DNA of 64,000 nt, from positions 8,122,001 to 8,186,000 of the forward strand of contig OZ234494.1 in NCBI GenBank assembly GCA_965153455.1, in the 5' to 3' direction. Below, in pieces: positions 35,900 to 49,070 of this stretch (within the stretch, counting starts at the first letter, position 1; each line of letters starts with the position of its first letter). A program made the translations under genes and the position numbers. The notes beneath the pieces are model-generated. The model worked only from the letters and a program-made list of their open reading frames with translations. It did not search any database and was not told the origin of the DNA. Origin of the DNA: Sphagnum compactum. Lineage: Eukaryota.

Positions 35900-36790
35900 T
35901 GCACCTGCACTTGTCTATGATTAGAGATTGTTTGGAAGTCAATATTATATGAACATGGCATTATTTCTTTGAATTATGGATGATGTGTGTTCACATGATT
36001 TTATTGAAATGATATTGGAATAAATCGAGGTTTTCCTCCATCTAGAAATGTGTTGTTTCATTACACATGCTTGCATATGGTGTGGTTACAAATGTTAAAC
36101 ATGATTATTGCATGTTATTTGAGAGTGTGACAATAAAATCATTTCACAGTCAATTTGAGGTGGCTTTGAGTCCAACTATTTGATGCAATCTTGACTATGG
36201 TAGATGTTATAAAGAAAATGAGAATAAATGAGAATATAATTTTCTATAGAATGTTCATGTATTTATAGACTATATGCATTGGGATTGGGCAAAATGTCTT
36301 GTGCATGGGAAAGGTAGTTTCAAAATAAGGTGGAAACAAAGACAATCATGAACATCATTTTGGAAGCAATAGCAAGTCAATCACTATGCATTTCACACAT
36401 TTCATTGGTTTACCCAATGGCAACAATGATTTGAATGTGCTTTATAGGTTTCCTTCTTGGTAGATTTAATAACATGCACAAAGCAATTAACTTGGAATTC
36501 ACAATTAATGAATTTATCTACATGTGGTACTATTATCTTGTAGACAACACTTACACAAAATGGAGCTTCTTCATATATATTTTATATTATATACACAAGG
36601 TACATGACAAAAAAAGAAAACATTTCATTCAAATGCAAAAAAAGGCTTAAAAAGATGTGGATAATGCTTTTGGCATCCTCTAATTTCAAAGGACCATGAT
36701 CAAAATTTGTCACAACCTAATGGGACATGTCAACAATTTATGAAATCATGCTTACTTGTGTTGGTATGCATACAATGACAATCAAACATG
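35900..36790 (+). pseudogene. Degenerate PIF/Harbinger transposase (Plant_tran-type)
   Basis: Reads SLHMLAYGVVTNVKHDYCMLFESVTIKSF, IDYMHWDWAKC, NIILEAIASQSLCISH, LPNGNNDLNVL, YYYLVDNTYTKWSFFI and KDVDNAFGIL, the conserved Harbinger DDE blocks, with stops and frameshifts. Confidence 0.85.
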
Positions 36791-37050
36791 AAAGTAATAT
36801 CAATTTGAAAGATCCATTTTAATATGGACTTTCAATGCACCTGAGAGACATTTGATGGATTTTTGGATTTCACTCATGATATATAAAATCGAAATATTCA
36901 CTTTGCATTTCAAATAAAGACAATAAAACATACATAATGATAATCAAACATGAGAGTGATATCAATTTGAAAGACTTATTCCAACATGGACTTTCAATGT
37001 GCATGAGTAACATTTGATGAATTTGTGGATTTCAGTTAAGAAATACAAAA
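36778..37050. repeat. Diverged tandem duplication of about 163 bp
   Basis: AATCAAACATGA.AGT.ATATCAATTTGAAAGA...ATGGACTTTCAATG..CATTTGATG.ATTT.TGGATTTCA at about 36780 and about 36942. Confidence 0.75.
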
Positions 37051-40000
37051 GTGAAATATAAGGACTATAAAAGGCCATAATTGTTATTGAGACTAAACTT
37101 AATTTTGCAATGAAATTTAAATTTGAATTCTAAGTTTTAGTCGCCACTTGCATTTTTAAACAACTTTGTTGAAATTGTCAATTCTAGTAATATTTGGATG
37201 TCTACAATGTTCAAGTTTGGGCATTTGTGCATTCCTTACAACTCAACTAAAATTTCCAATTTTGACAACAATTGAATATTTGTAAATTTCAAGTAAATTA
37301 TATCTTTGTGCATTTCTTACAATTTAATTTAAATTATTAATTATGGCTACAATTCAATGTGTACAAACTTCATGTTTATTTCCTACAATTCAATTGAAAT
37401 TGTTAATTTTATTAATAATCATAATATATTTACTATATGCAAGGGGGTGGCTTGGTATTGTGGTTGCTTTGGGCAAGGGTGTCAGGGTTGCTGAATGTGG
37501 TGGTTCCAAGCTCAAAGGTGATTTTTAAAGGGACACTAGATGTTAAAGATTTACACTACTTGTGTCAAACAATATATTTCAAGGGTATTATACAAGAGGT
37601 TTTTTCCCCCACCCTAATATTACCTTTTTTTTAAAAATGCACATATTTAAACCACAATTTAAAAAATAATAATATTTGCATCAAATTTTGGTACCTTATA
37701 TTTATTTGAACTTTTAATTTTAGTTATTGAAGTTACGGGGAATGATGATGATGTAACTAAACATGGTAAGATCATGTGATAAGATTTTTTTTTTTCAACA
37801 TACCATATGTATTTTACATTTCCAACTGAGTAATTGAGAGGTGACAACACAAAATACCATTTATAATATAAGTTTCTTCAAAATGGTTTGACTATCAACA
37901 GTGTGGAAGGATTCATAAGTAACAAGCTAACATGTTTGTTTCCCACATACTAACCTACTAATAATTAATACTTAATATAAATATTCTTTTGCTTCATTCA
38001 AGGCACAAGTTCCTTTGCCATGGTAAACAATTGCAATGCAAGTTGATCTTGGAGATTTTTGGCTTTAACTTCGTTGTTATATATTACCATGTTTATGGTT
38101 GGTTTTGTTGTTGCCCTTGGGTAAAAGCACATTAGGGTAGAACAAATGTAACATTTCATAATCTATTTTGAAAGTTCATTTCCTTTGTATATTAATTTTT
38201 TTGGGGTGAATTTTAAGCCTAGTGCATTGGTTCAATTTTCAAATTGGTTTTGAAAATGATGTTAACATTTTTTTCCAAATCCAAGTTTGGGCCACCATTT
38301 TAAACTCAATTTAATACATTTTATTACTATTATATATTAGTGTTGAAAAGCATCAAGTTTAATACCCAAAAAGACATTGTTGTTTTGAGCTTTTTAAAAT
38401 ACAATATTATCCAGTATCTTCACAAATAGGATATTTCTTTACTTAAATTTTTGACACTAAGTGTTATGTTTCAAAGTTACAAAAACATGGTACAAACACA
38501 TTGTGAGATAAAAGTCCATATTTAAATTTAGATGGATTGACATAATATTATTAAATCCATTTAGGATTGACCATTCATTATTTTGTTGTGTTTTTTTCAT
38601 TGTTGAAAGACTTTATGTGTTAGCTTCATATAAGTGAGTCCTCTTTTGTGATATACAGTAAAAGTTTAAAATTATACATAACAATGATTAAAAAACAACT
38701 ATTGAAACATTCATTTTGTCTAGTGTAGTTTGCAACTACTCCCTTATTGCACATTTTAAAAACTTCATAATTTTATGTTCATCATTTGTTTCCTTGTGGG
38801 TTCCATGTTGATGTACCCCTATGTTTGCTAAAAGGTATCGGGGGCAAAAACAATGACGATTCCAATTGCAGTAGGATGTATACATAGGGTGTACTTCCTA
38901 ATTCCCACATAGAAAGAAGACATGGGAGCTTCAAGATGGGACAAGGGAAAGTTCACAAAGTTGATTTAAAAGTGAAGTTAATTTGCACAATCAAAGAAAG
39001 AGGGCAAAATTAGTGCAAATGGGAACCAAATGTTGCATAATGAAATCATGGGAAACATGCATTTAAATGACTAATTGCAGCCCAAACTTGAAAGGAATCA
39101 CCATTTTCATCCCTAAATCAATTTTATAGATGGTGATTGGGACTACATCAAAGTGGCACAACTTCCAAGGATTCTCAAATGTGGAGTTTTGAAATTCCCA
39201 AAACTTCAAATTTTGAGTCTTGTAACTTTGTAAGCTCATAACTCTTACATATCTAATTCAAAAGATCGCAAGGGTAAATTTGTGCCCTTGAAAACAACTT
39301 TCCAATATTGTATCACATGTTCCAATCATACATGTTTTGGCCCTTTTGTCAAACATTTTAACGGTCAAGAATCAAACTATTAATTCGATTGTCAACCATT
39401 CATTGGCCATAACTTGTGTTTTAGATTTTTAGATGGAGAATGTGACCCACTTGTGGGAGTGTGCTTAAATTTTTAAACACTTTTCTAGCCCGCTTCCCTT
39501 GTCATGTTTTAGCCTTGGTCATGAGCCTCAAGCTAAGATCACAAATGCAACAATATGAAACCATAAATGTTGGTGATATGAAGGACCTTATAGTTGTCAA
39601 AAGTTTTTATCTTAATTTTGGTTCATGGAACTATAATCTTGTGATTTGAGTGCCAAGGGAAATCACTAGCATTTTTATTTAAACATCTTGTGAAAAAAGG
39701 TGCAACTAATTCATTAAAAGTTAAAATCATTCACTAGGAGCTAAAGAAAAAGAGCTCAAGAAAGGAACTCTTGGTGGTGTGATGATTTTAATGATCTTTT
39801 GCAAGCACCATTGGGGTACCCATTCTTGCTGTGTAATGTTGCAGCTAGCATGCGTACCATTATTGTTTCTCATGAAATATTTTGAACTTCTTTTGAATAG
39901 GGCTTTGGTCTTGAGATTTAAATATGGGAGTAGACATTAAACACCTTTTTGAACCTAAAAACATTAACTATCTATATTGTTGTCCTATTTAAATCTTTAC

Positions 40001-43000
40001 CCTAGTTGCTCATCATTCCACCATGGAAAAAAAGGGATGTTATCCGAAGCTAGCATGATCAACATTTCTTCCTCCAATTTCTTTTCCAATTTCAAAACTA
40101 ATGTGGCTCTTTACAATTAGTTGACCTACAAAGAATGGCAACCCTATATTTCATCAATGGTGATGAATTGTTTACATAGAGTAAGGTTATGTTAAGAATG
40201 AATTTTTAAATTCAATTTTTAAGTAAACAATGGTAGATGGAATGTGTTGACAATGTAGCTCGTGGAAGCAACAATTTGAAACTTCAAGTTAAAAAATGGT
40301 TATCATTTAAACTTAAAGTAAATGGCTATCATTTGAAGGCTACATCTTCAAGTTTTCACCCTTTTTTTTTTTTTTTTTTTTCAAATTTCCAATTCTGAAA
40401 CCTTGCAAATGATAAAATTAATTAGTTTATTTAAAACCATTTATAAGTTAAAAAGGTTTGGTGAATAAATGAAATGTCACGTGAGAATTGGTGCGTAGTG
40501 AGTAAAGATCTTGTGTTGGTGATTAGTGAATATAGAACTCAGGTTGTTTTGCATGAAAAGATGGGGGGGGGGGGGGAAGAAGAGCCAACTTCACTTATCA
40601 ACCTTGATGAAATTTGATACACAAGCTTCAATCAGATTTTTCATATTGAAAAGCAACTACATGTGGGACTAGTGAGTTACTTAATGCCTTGTTAAAAAAG
40701 GTTGCTAAATCAAACATAGGTTCTTATGCTTTGGCAATTTTTGTCAAAATATGGTCTTCAAATGACTTCCTTCATGACATGGGCCTTTATATCGATTTTG
40801 GAGGCTCACATTCCAAGTTATTTTTCACCTTACAACGCTCAACTTGGGGAATTCAACACATGGGATCATTTAGTGTCCATCTTAGGCCAATACAACCCTA
40901 GGTCTTACACAATGAAAGATGATTATTTGGTAGTTTGAGAAATGAATATCCACATGCATGGGTGTGGGTGACCTTATGGGATTAATGAATGCCTTGTTCA
41001 AGGTATCAATTACCCATGCAAAGGCTTGAAGACACATATGACTTTTACACACAAACTAAGAATTTTGGAGGTAATTCATGTCAACAAAATGACAAATGAC
41101 CTATTGCATTGTTATGCACATAGCCAATGTGATGTTTTTTACATGCTTTTTCACACATAATATCTAGAACACCAAAGATCTCAACCCCACCTACTTCCCT
41201 CTCCTCTAAAGACCCAAATGCAATTTACATAGTTAACATGAAATATGGACACTAACGTACACAAAGCTAAGTTGCAATATCATACTTTAGAGTGGTGAAT
41301 TGACTAGATTAGTGTAACATGTTGCCATTACATGTATTAAAAAACCTAATTAGAACTTTTTTAAGCAAAAAAGGCCTTGCAAGCTTCTCTAGAGCCTTCC
41401 ATAAGCCCATCCAAGGAATCCTTTCAGCAATTTCCTAAATTATATTCATTGTGGTTACGAAAAATGGATATTGTTGATGGATGAGAATGAATGAAAAATG
41501 GATTTCATTCCATTTGGATGAATTTAATGATAATTCAGTAATGAACAACTAGCTAAATCTCATGATCCATATGCTGAGATTCTATGAACTCTATTAATAT
41601 TCTATAAAGTATGGTGTTTAGGGCTTGCAGCTAACATCACAATAACACCAACAATATGTCACAAAATCACAATATCAGAATTTCTAACATTGCAAGTTCC
41701 CATCAACCTCCTAAACATCATTTCGAGATGCTCACAAATGATATTAATTAATAACTAACATTGAATTATCTTTCTATAGTTTGCAATCCAATCCACACCT
41801 ACAAAAGTAATCTTTCCTGGAAGAAAAGAAATACTACCACTACTGTTGTCTCCAGTGTTACCTCACTGACTTGATTACTGTAGCTAGACTTTCTCCATGT
41901 AAGACGCTCAAGACAATTACAACTAACATCCAAATCAGTGAGTTCTTTACTGTAATGACAGGGCCCAGCTCTTAAGTATTATCTGTTCCATTTCGACAAC
42001 AATCACCCACTATCACCTAACAAGTTTACACAGGTGCCACCTTGCCACAAGTGTTCCAGACTCTGGCTCTTTGTTTTGAAATGCTAGTAGAATTGCCACT
42101 GGTTGGGTTGCAATTGTCTAAGATGTGGCCCCCAGAAGATAGTAAACTGCAAAGTAGGCACATTTTAGTATGACTTCTCTGTGTAAACTGTGATACAATT
42201 TGGTGCTCTGACAATTTGCTTTCCTTCAGTGAAATAACTTGTGGGGATTCCCATCCCTTCTTGGCCCTGTACACAACACGTGCTTCAAATAGGAACATAG
42301 AAACATGAGTGTTTTTGTCATCACAGGGCACAACAAAATCAAACACCTGGGGCAAGGATCACACTCCAAGAGCAAGAGAATAATGCAAGTATCAGCTTAT
42401 AATCCACCAATTGTCCAGTTGACTACCCCACCCCTGGAGAGAGAATTTTAACATGGGAATCATGGACTCCCTGGTCACCAGCATCGTCATGGCTGAATAA
42501 GATTCCAGGTTGCTGGGCACAATTGCAATGACGAAACTGTCCATGATCCACACATTAGTGAACAGCATTCACTTTGTCAATGGAAGAGTGAAAACTGAAA
42601 TCACCAAGCACCTTGTGCAAAGTATCAAATTCCACCACAAGATAGGTATCATTTGACCAACAACATTTCCTATACCAAATAACCAAACACATATGTTCTG
42701 TATGAAACACAGAATGGGTTAGTTAATGACACATGCCATAGTCACACATATGCTTTTGAATGCCTAAAGAAAAGCAGGTAAGCCCAATGACTCCTTATAG
42801 AGTGAAACAGTTTCAGCCTCTTCCTTTTTACCTCTGATATTGAAAGGAACTAGAGTGAAGATAATACCTTAATATTCTCATGGCATAACACCAAGGCCTA
42901 ATATCAAGCCCTAGCACCAAAGGGTGCACCAACATGCACTCTACACATGCTTCACTTTTAGAGACTCCAGTGGGCACTAACAAGGAAGAGTGCTAGCATA

Positions 43001-44077
43001 ACATAATGTTTCCTGGCAAAGATCAGGGCTCTATTCTGGTGCACAGCCCTCAAGTGTGGGATTTCCACTTGCCTTTACATATGCTAATTGTGACTCTTCA
43101 ATGGAAATGATAAACACAGTATGGGATTTGCTTCCATAGAAAGCTACAATAATCACAATAAGAGTGACCCTGGGTATGATTAACCAACCTCTGTAAGGCT
43201 TCAGGAGTGACTTGGCTGACCTCTGCTCCCAACCATTGGGTGTGCAAGACCTTCAACAGCTCCACAACAGACGGGCATTCATATGCTGTGTACCTGCAGC
43301 CTAAAAATCACTTTTTATCCCCCTTACTAAACTTCACATTGGCATCACTCTCTTAGCTTCCTAGCACAGAAAGAGTAGGCTCTAAAAATTCAAGAAACCA
43401 CTTAACTGGCAGCAGATAAAACTTCTTATATCAACAGGCTACATCTTCACAAGCTTTCCGTGACCAATCCCAAAAAAAAAGGTCCCTTCACCCAAAAATA
43501 AACAGTGATACATTCTTTTATATTGAGGGTCAACAAATATCCACTGCTCCATCTGCCTCTAATAATAGAACAAGGAACAGATAAAAGTCCTTTCAAACAG
43601 GTCAAAATTCTGCAGGGTGTATATAAAAATAATTGCAAGAAATGTGACTTTAAACCATTACACAAACTTTATATGAGATCCAATCTCTGTTTTGAGTGGA
43701 CCATTGATGAAAGCAAGTAAATAGAGATTGGTAAAAGACTGATTCCAAGAAATGACTAGAGAAAATAGATGAGGAGCATGAAGATGTGCTGAAAGAAGTG
43801 CTCAAAATGCAAACATCAATACGTTTATCACCAGGAAACTTCATTAAGAATACAAAGCATTGAATGCCCATCTCCTAAGGGCCATTCTAAGTTTGCAGAT
43901 ACTCAGTTGGAAGAGAGTGGCGATGAAGTGGTGACAAGTGATAAGGTGATCAATTGAGCATTGGGCCCAATTTGAGGAATGGAAAGAATGATGATGAACT
44001 GGTCACTAAATTACACCACAGGTAATATCAAGATGTGTACAAAGAGAAAGCTTGGGTGTTGAACCCAAATTCTCCTT

Positions 44078-47000
44078 TCATTGCTTTTGTGCAGAGGTGC
44101 GGTAGAGGTGATAGGCAAGGACAACACATGTGGCAGCCCCAACAAGCGCCAAGAGAGCTTTTGTATCATCAACTTCCCAGTCTTCAACCCACCGGGGAAT
44201 TTTGAAAAAATTGCAACTCCAGCTCTTCTTGTCTTTAGGCAATGCCTGATTGAGCACAGCAGCCTCTTCCTCTTCAGCATCCCCACACATCTTGTGAAGG
44301 TCACGTGAGCCAATGCGTGGCAGCAGGACTGGTGCACATTTCTGGCAAGTTTTCTTCTCCTGGCTGATGGAACCATTTAGTTGAACTGTTCCATTTGTGC
44401 CCACCAGCTCTTGAACTTCAGCACAGGCACAGTTTCTTGGTACTTCATTGTCTGCTATGAGCCCTGCTGCTATCCTCTCTTGCACCCGTTCCTTCTGCTG
44501 ATCCTCTGTCAAACCCATTTGACCCCTGTACCAACAATTTCCTTCACGTATGATAGACTATAGAAAGAGTATGGGTGAACAAGCTGACACTTACACCCAA
44601 TCAGTAATAGCAGCCTAACATTTGACAGCAGAGAAAGCGTACATAACTGGGATGCTTCCCAACTAGGGATTCTGGTTAGACAAAGTTATATCCTTATGAT
44701 GACAAATACCACAGGATTAAATATACAACAATTGAGACAACATGATTGTATATGTCCTGAACCTCTACCCTCTCAAATGAGTGTGACCTTAAAGCTACAC
44801 CAATTGGCATGATCCAGAATTTTACCTCCAAAGACGATCAATGACTTTCCCTTGACCAATATGCTGCTCAATTAGTTCAGGGACATCATCTGGTGTCACA
44901 TATCCATACCTGATCATCCAAGAAACCATCAGAGGCCTTCACTTTGACATACACATCAATTAATTGAAGGAACCAATGCAATTACCAAGCTGGAATACTC
45001 TAAAAAGAAGTCCTTCAAAGAATGTGCTAGACCTAGGTACTCATTGTGAACATCCTGAAAGGTGGCTACAGTTCCCAACACTTGGACCAAAAAAAATCCA
45101 GATTGCTTGACTTGGAATCATCATTGGATCTTAAGGAATGAAACCAACTAGATCTGAAGTAAGGCTCTTCAACCCAACTAAACTGTCAAGAAACTAAAGC
45201 TGATGGAAGATCCAGGTCGATCCTTACTGAAATATCAAAGCCAAATCTTGGTCCACATACCAAAATGTTAAGCTAGATTTCATTTGGGCTTTGGTTCCAT
45301 TAATTTGGGCAGCCTTTGAACCTGCCATCTAGCTACACTGGCTGGTCAGAGCTGCATGTCAGGTTTTGGTCCTGAATACTGATACTTATAGGGTAGGACA
45401 TCAATTGATTGGAAACAGGTGCTTGCCATGACCATGGGAGCATGGTTGATTGTGCAATACTTTGGCATTGGGGAACATGCACAGTACTAGATTTCTTACC
45501 AGTGGCCTGTGACAATCCCATTCTCAGAATGGCCAAAAATGATGACATTTCCAGCATATTTGTGGCCACCAACATGAGAACAAAGCCTGATAAAAACCTG
45601 GTCCTCAAGCCCAAGCTTTGAGATTTCCTCCAAAAATATTTCTTTTAAGGGGGGTCCACAAGTACCACAGTGCTTGTCACGAGTGCCATGCCCACAAATG
45701 AAAACATGGAATCCAGTGAGTGGCTCTGGAGTCCCAAGGGCCCATTCCTTTCCTGCCACCAAGACCTCGTCCACAAAAGACTCCACATCTGATTCGCCTA
45801 ACCCCCTGTCAAGCAGATCAAATTTGAGTTTCAGAGGAAGCTGAGGCTGCTAAGTGCAGACATGCACCCTCTCTATTGTACACAGGGTCACTGTAATTGG
45901 AAGATGAGTTTCAGTGCTTAGCATCCATCAGTAGCTTCAGGATCAAATTCAAATACAGACAAGCTTTGGCTGCACAAGAGCTTGCAGGAGCTTACTCAAA
46001 TCTAGAATCCACAAAGGCTAAGACATTTATGGAAGTTAACAGGTTAGCATCACCAAGCAGCACATACCTGCTTCCCTCCTCAGCAAGATGGCTGAAACTC
46101 ATCTACTGCATGCAAAAGCTCCTATCCATGACCGTGTGGGAGGAATGAAGCACAGATTGAGGGAAACAAGAACTTACTTGTACTTAACCATATCCGGAAA
46201 TATGAGAAGGTCGCCATTTGTTGCAAAAGGTTCATTGTGCCCCTCCACAACTGTCAAACGTGTCTGCAAACCAATAAATAAAGCCCCTATTGGATTAATT
46301 GGACATACCCACAAGCTCATTGCGTACCAAACTTAAAGCATTGGTCTCAAAAGGCTTTGCAAGTCTGTTGTTGACACACAAAGGAACCTAATTGCTGCAT
46401 AAATGGAAAAAAGAGCACTCAACAGGACAAATGAGTTGCAGTTGTTGACATTAATTGTTCGATTCAATTAGAGAAGAATTTCCAGGAAGCACAAATGCAC
46501 ATAGCCCCTCCACCACTGCTCATTGCATCGGCTCCAATACAAGACACATGTCAAATGACATAGTATGAACTAGGGTGGAAGGAGCCTTCCATTTCTCCTG
46601 AGTTCTCTTTGGAGAGTATTTATCTCTGGGCCATGGCCCAAGGATTAAAAAAAGACTAGAGAAACTGATTTCTGGGAATTTTCAGCTTCCGGAAAACCCT
46701 AAACTAGCAGCACAAGTTCTCTTGAATTCCCCAATTGAAAGGCAAAATTCAACAAGCCAAGATCACACACAAAAGGTTCATCTGAGAACTCCTTCCCAAT
46801 AAATACAACAGGAAACAACAAATCGTCTCAATCCTAACACACTTCGGTACCCCTGTGCAAAAATGGCCCTTTCCTTAAAACTGATTCCCAAGATAAGTTT
46901 TGTTGCATCCATATGAACCAAAAGAGACTCCGACTAGCCGGGTAGCAAAGAAATCATTAACGTCGGTAAGAAATTGCTCAATCTCGGAAAACTTCTGGAC

Positions 47001-47670
47001 GGGAAAATCACCTTACTGTGTGATCTGAACGATCCTGAACTAAGACAAGAAAGAGATCTTCCCCTATATAGAAAACAAAAAAGATGGCTCTAGATCGCAG
47101 GTCGCCTGCAATTCTATTGCGAGCTGTTTCCAAGGCTGAATCCAAAGAATTGATGAACCGATTCCGGAGCTCAATCACAACACAAAAAAAATCAAGGCAA
47201 CAGGAGAACCGAAAAAAAGCAGCGAGAAAAAGGAGCAAGGACAGAGGGGAATCGAAAAAGCCGACCTTCTTCGGCAAGTCCGTCTTACGGTTCCGGAGTG
47301 CAGAGACTAAGGAATTCGGCAACGGATCGTACTCCGCTTTCTCGATTTTCGACGGCCAGCTTTCCGGAGCATGATAGCATAGGAAAACATGCCTCTCGTA
47401 ATGCTCCACACTTCCAACTAACGCTTCTTTCTTCTGCATCTCCGGCCGTTGGAAGCCATAAACCACCTCATCGTCGTCCTTCTCCGTCTTCAAACCCTCA
47501 GACACAACAAGCGCTGCTGCCATTTCCCCTGTCGTCACCGCAGCACCTCCTGTTACTGCTGTTGAGGCCACCGCTTCTTCTCCTCCTCCTCCTCCTCCTC
47601 CAGCCGTTGCTACTTCCACTTCCAAGCCCGTGCTACTGCTGTTGTTGTCCGCCTCCGAACTTCCAGCCAT
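44078..47670 (-). CDS. Aim32/Apd1-like sucrase/ferredoxin-like (thioredoxin-fold) 2Fe-2S protein with C-terminal transmembrane anchor (442 aa, 5 exons)
   Basis: Exons 47670-47266, 46263-46178, 45805-45500, 44909-44826 and 44525-44078 are all GT..AG and total 1329 nt in frame. Motifs: YGFQRPEM..LVGSVEHYERHVFLCY..WPSKIE, DLLIFPDMVKY, HVFICGHGTRDKHCGTCGP (C-X8-C), CSHVGGHKYAGNVIIF, GHWYGYVTPDDVPELIEQHIGQG..LWRGQMGL. The C-terminus is hydrophobic (ALLALVGAATCVVLAYHLY) followed by RTSAQKQ. Confidence 0.95.
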
Positions 47671-47944
47671 CACTGGGTATCGAGAAACAAAACAACAAAC
47701 AACGGCAATCAAGAGCGACGCTAGAGAACCCGAGTAGGCTAGTGCACGAGAAATGGCTAATAACTTGGAACTTTTCACTTTGTGCGCGCGCGTAGGTAGT
47801 AGTAGGAAACAAGCGGCTGGTCATCGCGTACTTATTGGCTCTAGAGTCTACCCCTTATGGCAAGCTTGAAGCCAACAATAGATTTTAAATAGGAAAAATA
47901 ATAATTTCGTTTCATGAAGTTCCCAACAAGAAATGAACTCACAC

Positions 47945-48410
47945 TTCACAATTAAAAGTAGTACATAACTAAAAAGTTTCTAGGTACCTATGTGTTATTA
48001 TTAGTATTATTCTTTTAAAAGGCGCATTCACACCTAATCTTAAATCAAGTAGTGTTAAGTGAAAAATCTAGGTGGCATCTTAGGTGGCACCCAATGTTAA
48101 TTGGGTAATTGTTTAATATTAATTGAATGTTTGTTAACTTAACATAATTTTTTTTGTGGTAAATAGGTTTATAGAGTTCACAATGAAAGTAGTACATAAC
48201 TAGAAAGTTTCTAGGTACCTATGTGTTATTATTATTATTATTATTATTATTTTAAAAGGTGCATTCACACCTAATGTTAAGTCAAGTAGTGTTAAGTGAA
48301 AATCTAGGTGGCATCTTAGGTGGCACCAATGTTAATTGGGTAATTGTTTACTATTAATTGAATGTTTGTTAACTTAACATAAATTTTTTTTGTGGTAAAT
48401 AGGTTTATAG
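47945..48410. repeat. 232-bp tandem duplication including the left part of MITE A
   Basis: Units start at 47945 and 48177 (TTCACAAT.AAAGTAGTACATAACTA.AAAGTTTCTAGGTACCTATGTG...). The TTA microsatellite differs in length between units. Confidence 0.9.
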
Positions 48411-48480
48411 GTTCTAAATAACTAGCTTGGTGTTAGGGCACGTAATACTAGAGTCGTTAACACCAAGTGTGAATGCATCT
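48257..48480. mobile_element. MITE family A, full copy
   Basis: AGGTGCATTCACACC...CAAGTGTGAATGCATCT; colinear with 8581-8797. Confidence 0.85.
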
Positions 48481-48633
48481 TTATTCATGCAACTTTTTCA
48501 CATGTGTTTTGCTAGGCGGGACATGCAGTTTTGATGCTTGTAGTGGAATTAGTTTTCAATGCAAATCAATGATTAGTTAATTAATAAAATAAGTAAGTAA
48601 ATAAATAAATAAGTACCCCCAGTTTAGTTTATA

Positions 48634-49070
48634 ATGGGGGTATTAGCCCAGGCCAAAAATGGTGACCAACAATTTTGGAAAGGGAAATTTCATGTAACCA
48701 ATGGGAAGGCTCAGCATGCATTCAAAGTGCCTTTTTTTTTTTTTTTTTCTTTTGAGTTTTGGGTGGGGGGGGGGGGGGGGGGAGAGGATTTTTTTCATTT
48801 TTCCTTTGTTCCCAACATGTTCCTTTCAAGTTCCCAATATGTCCCTTAGGTTCCCAATGTGTTCCCCAAGGGTGTTCCCAATAGCACCTCGCTTTAATCC
48901 CCATATGTTTTGCCCAAAGTCCTCCCCTTCTTTCCATAGAATCTTCTATTTGGGGGAGCCTCCAAGTTTAAACTTTTTTTTTTTTTGTGATGGGCCAATC
49001 AAATTGACTCATTACAAAATAATAATAATAATAATAAAAATTGGACATGTGAGGACCCCAACTAATTAGT
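48634..49070 (+). repeat. Dispersed repeat with polyT/polyG tracts and TGTTCCC arrays
   Basis: Homologous in inverted orientation to 21360-21600. Confidence 0.65.

Noticed and set aside
38920-39545. Possible solo LTR remnant
   Set aside because: It looks repeat-like, but no TG..CA ends, TSD or second copy could be confirmed in this window.
42560-42660. VVEFDT peptide on the minus strand resembling a legume-lectin motif
   Set aside because: The flanking residues do not fit a lectin fold and the frame has stops; probably chance.
47008-47778. 256-aa ORF with hydrophobic N- and C-termini
   Set aside because: It begins at a GTG in the 5' UTR and reads through the donor at 47266 into intron 1. 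Only 47670-47266 is coding.
47084-47795. Plus-strand ORFs of 96 and 165 aa overlapping the Aim32-like exon 1
   Set aside because: They are antisense shadows of a GC-rich coding exon and its trinucleotide repeats.
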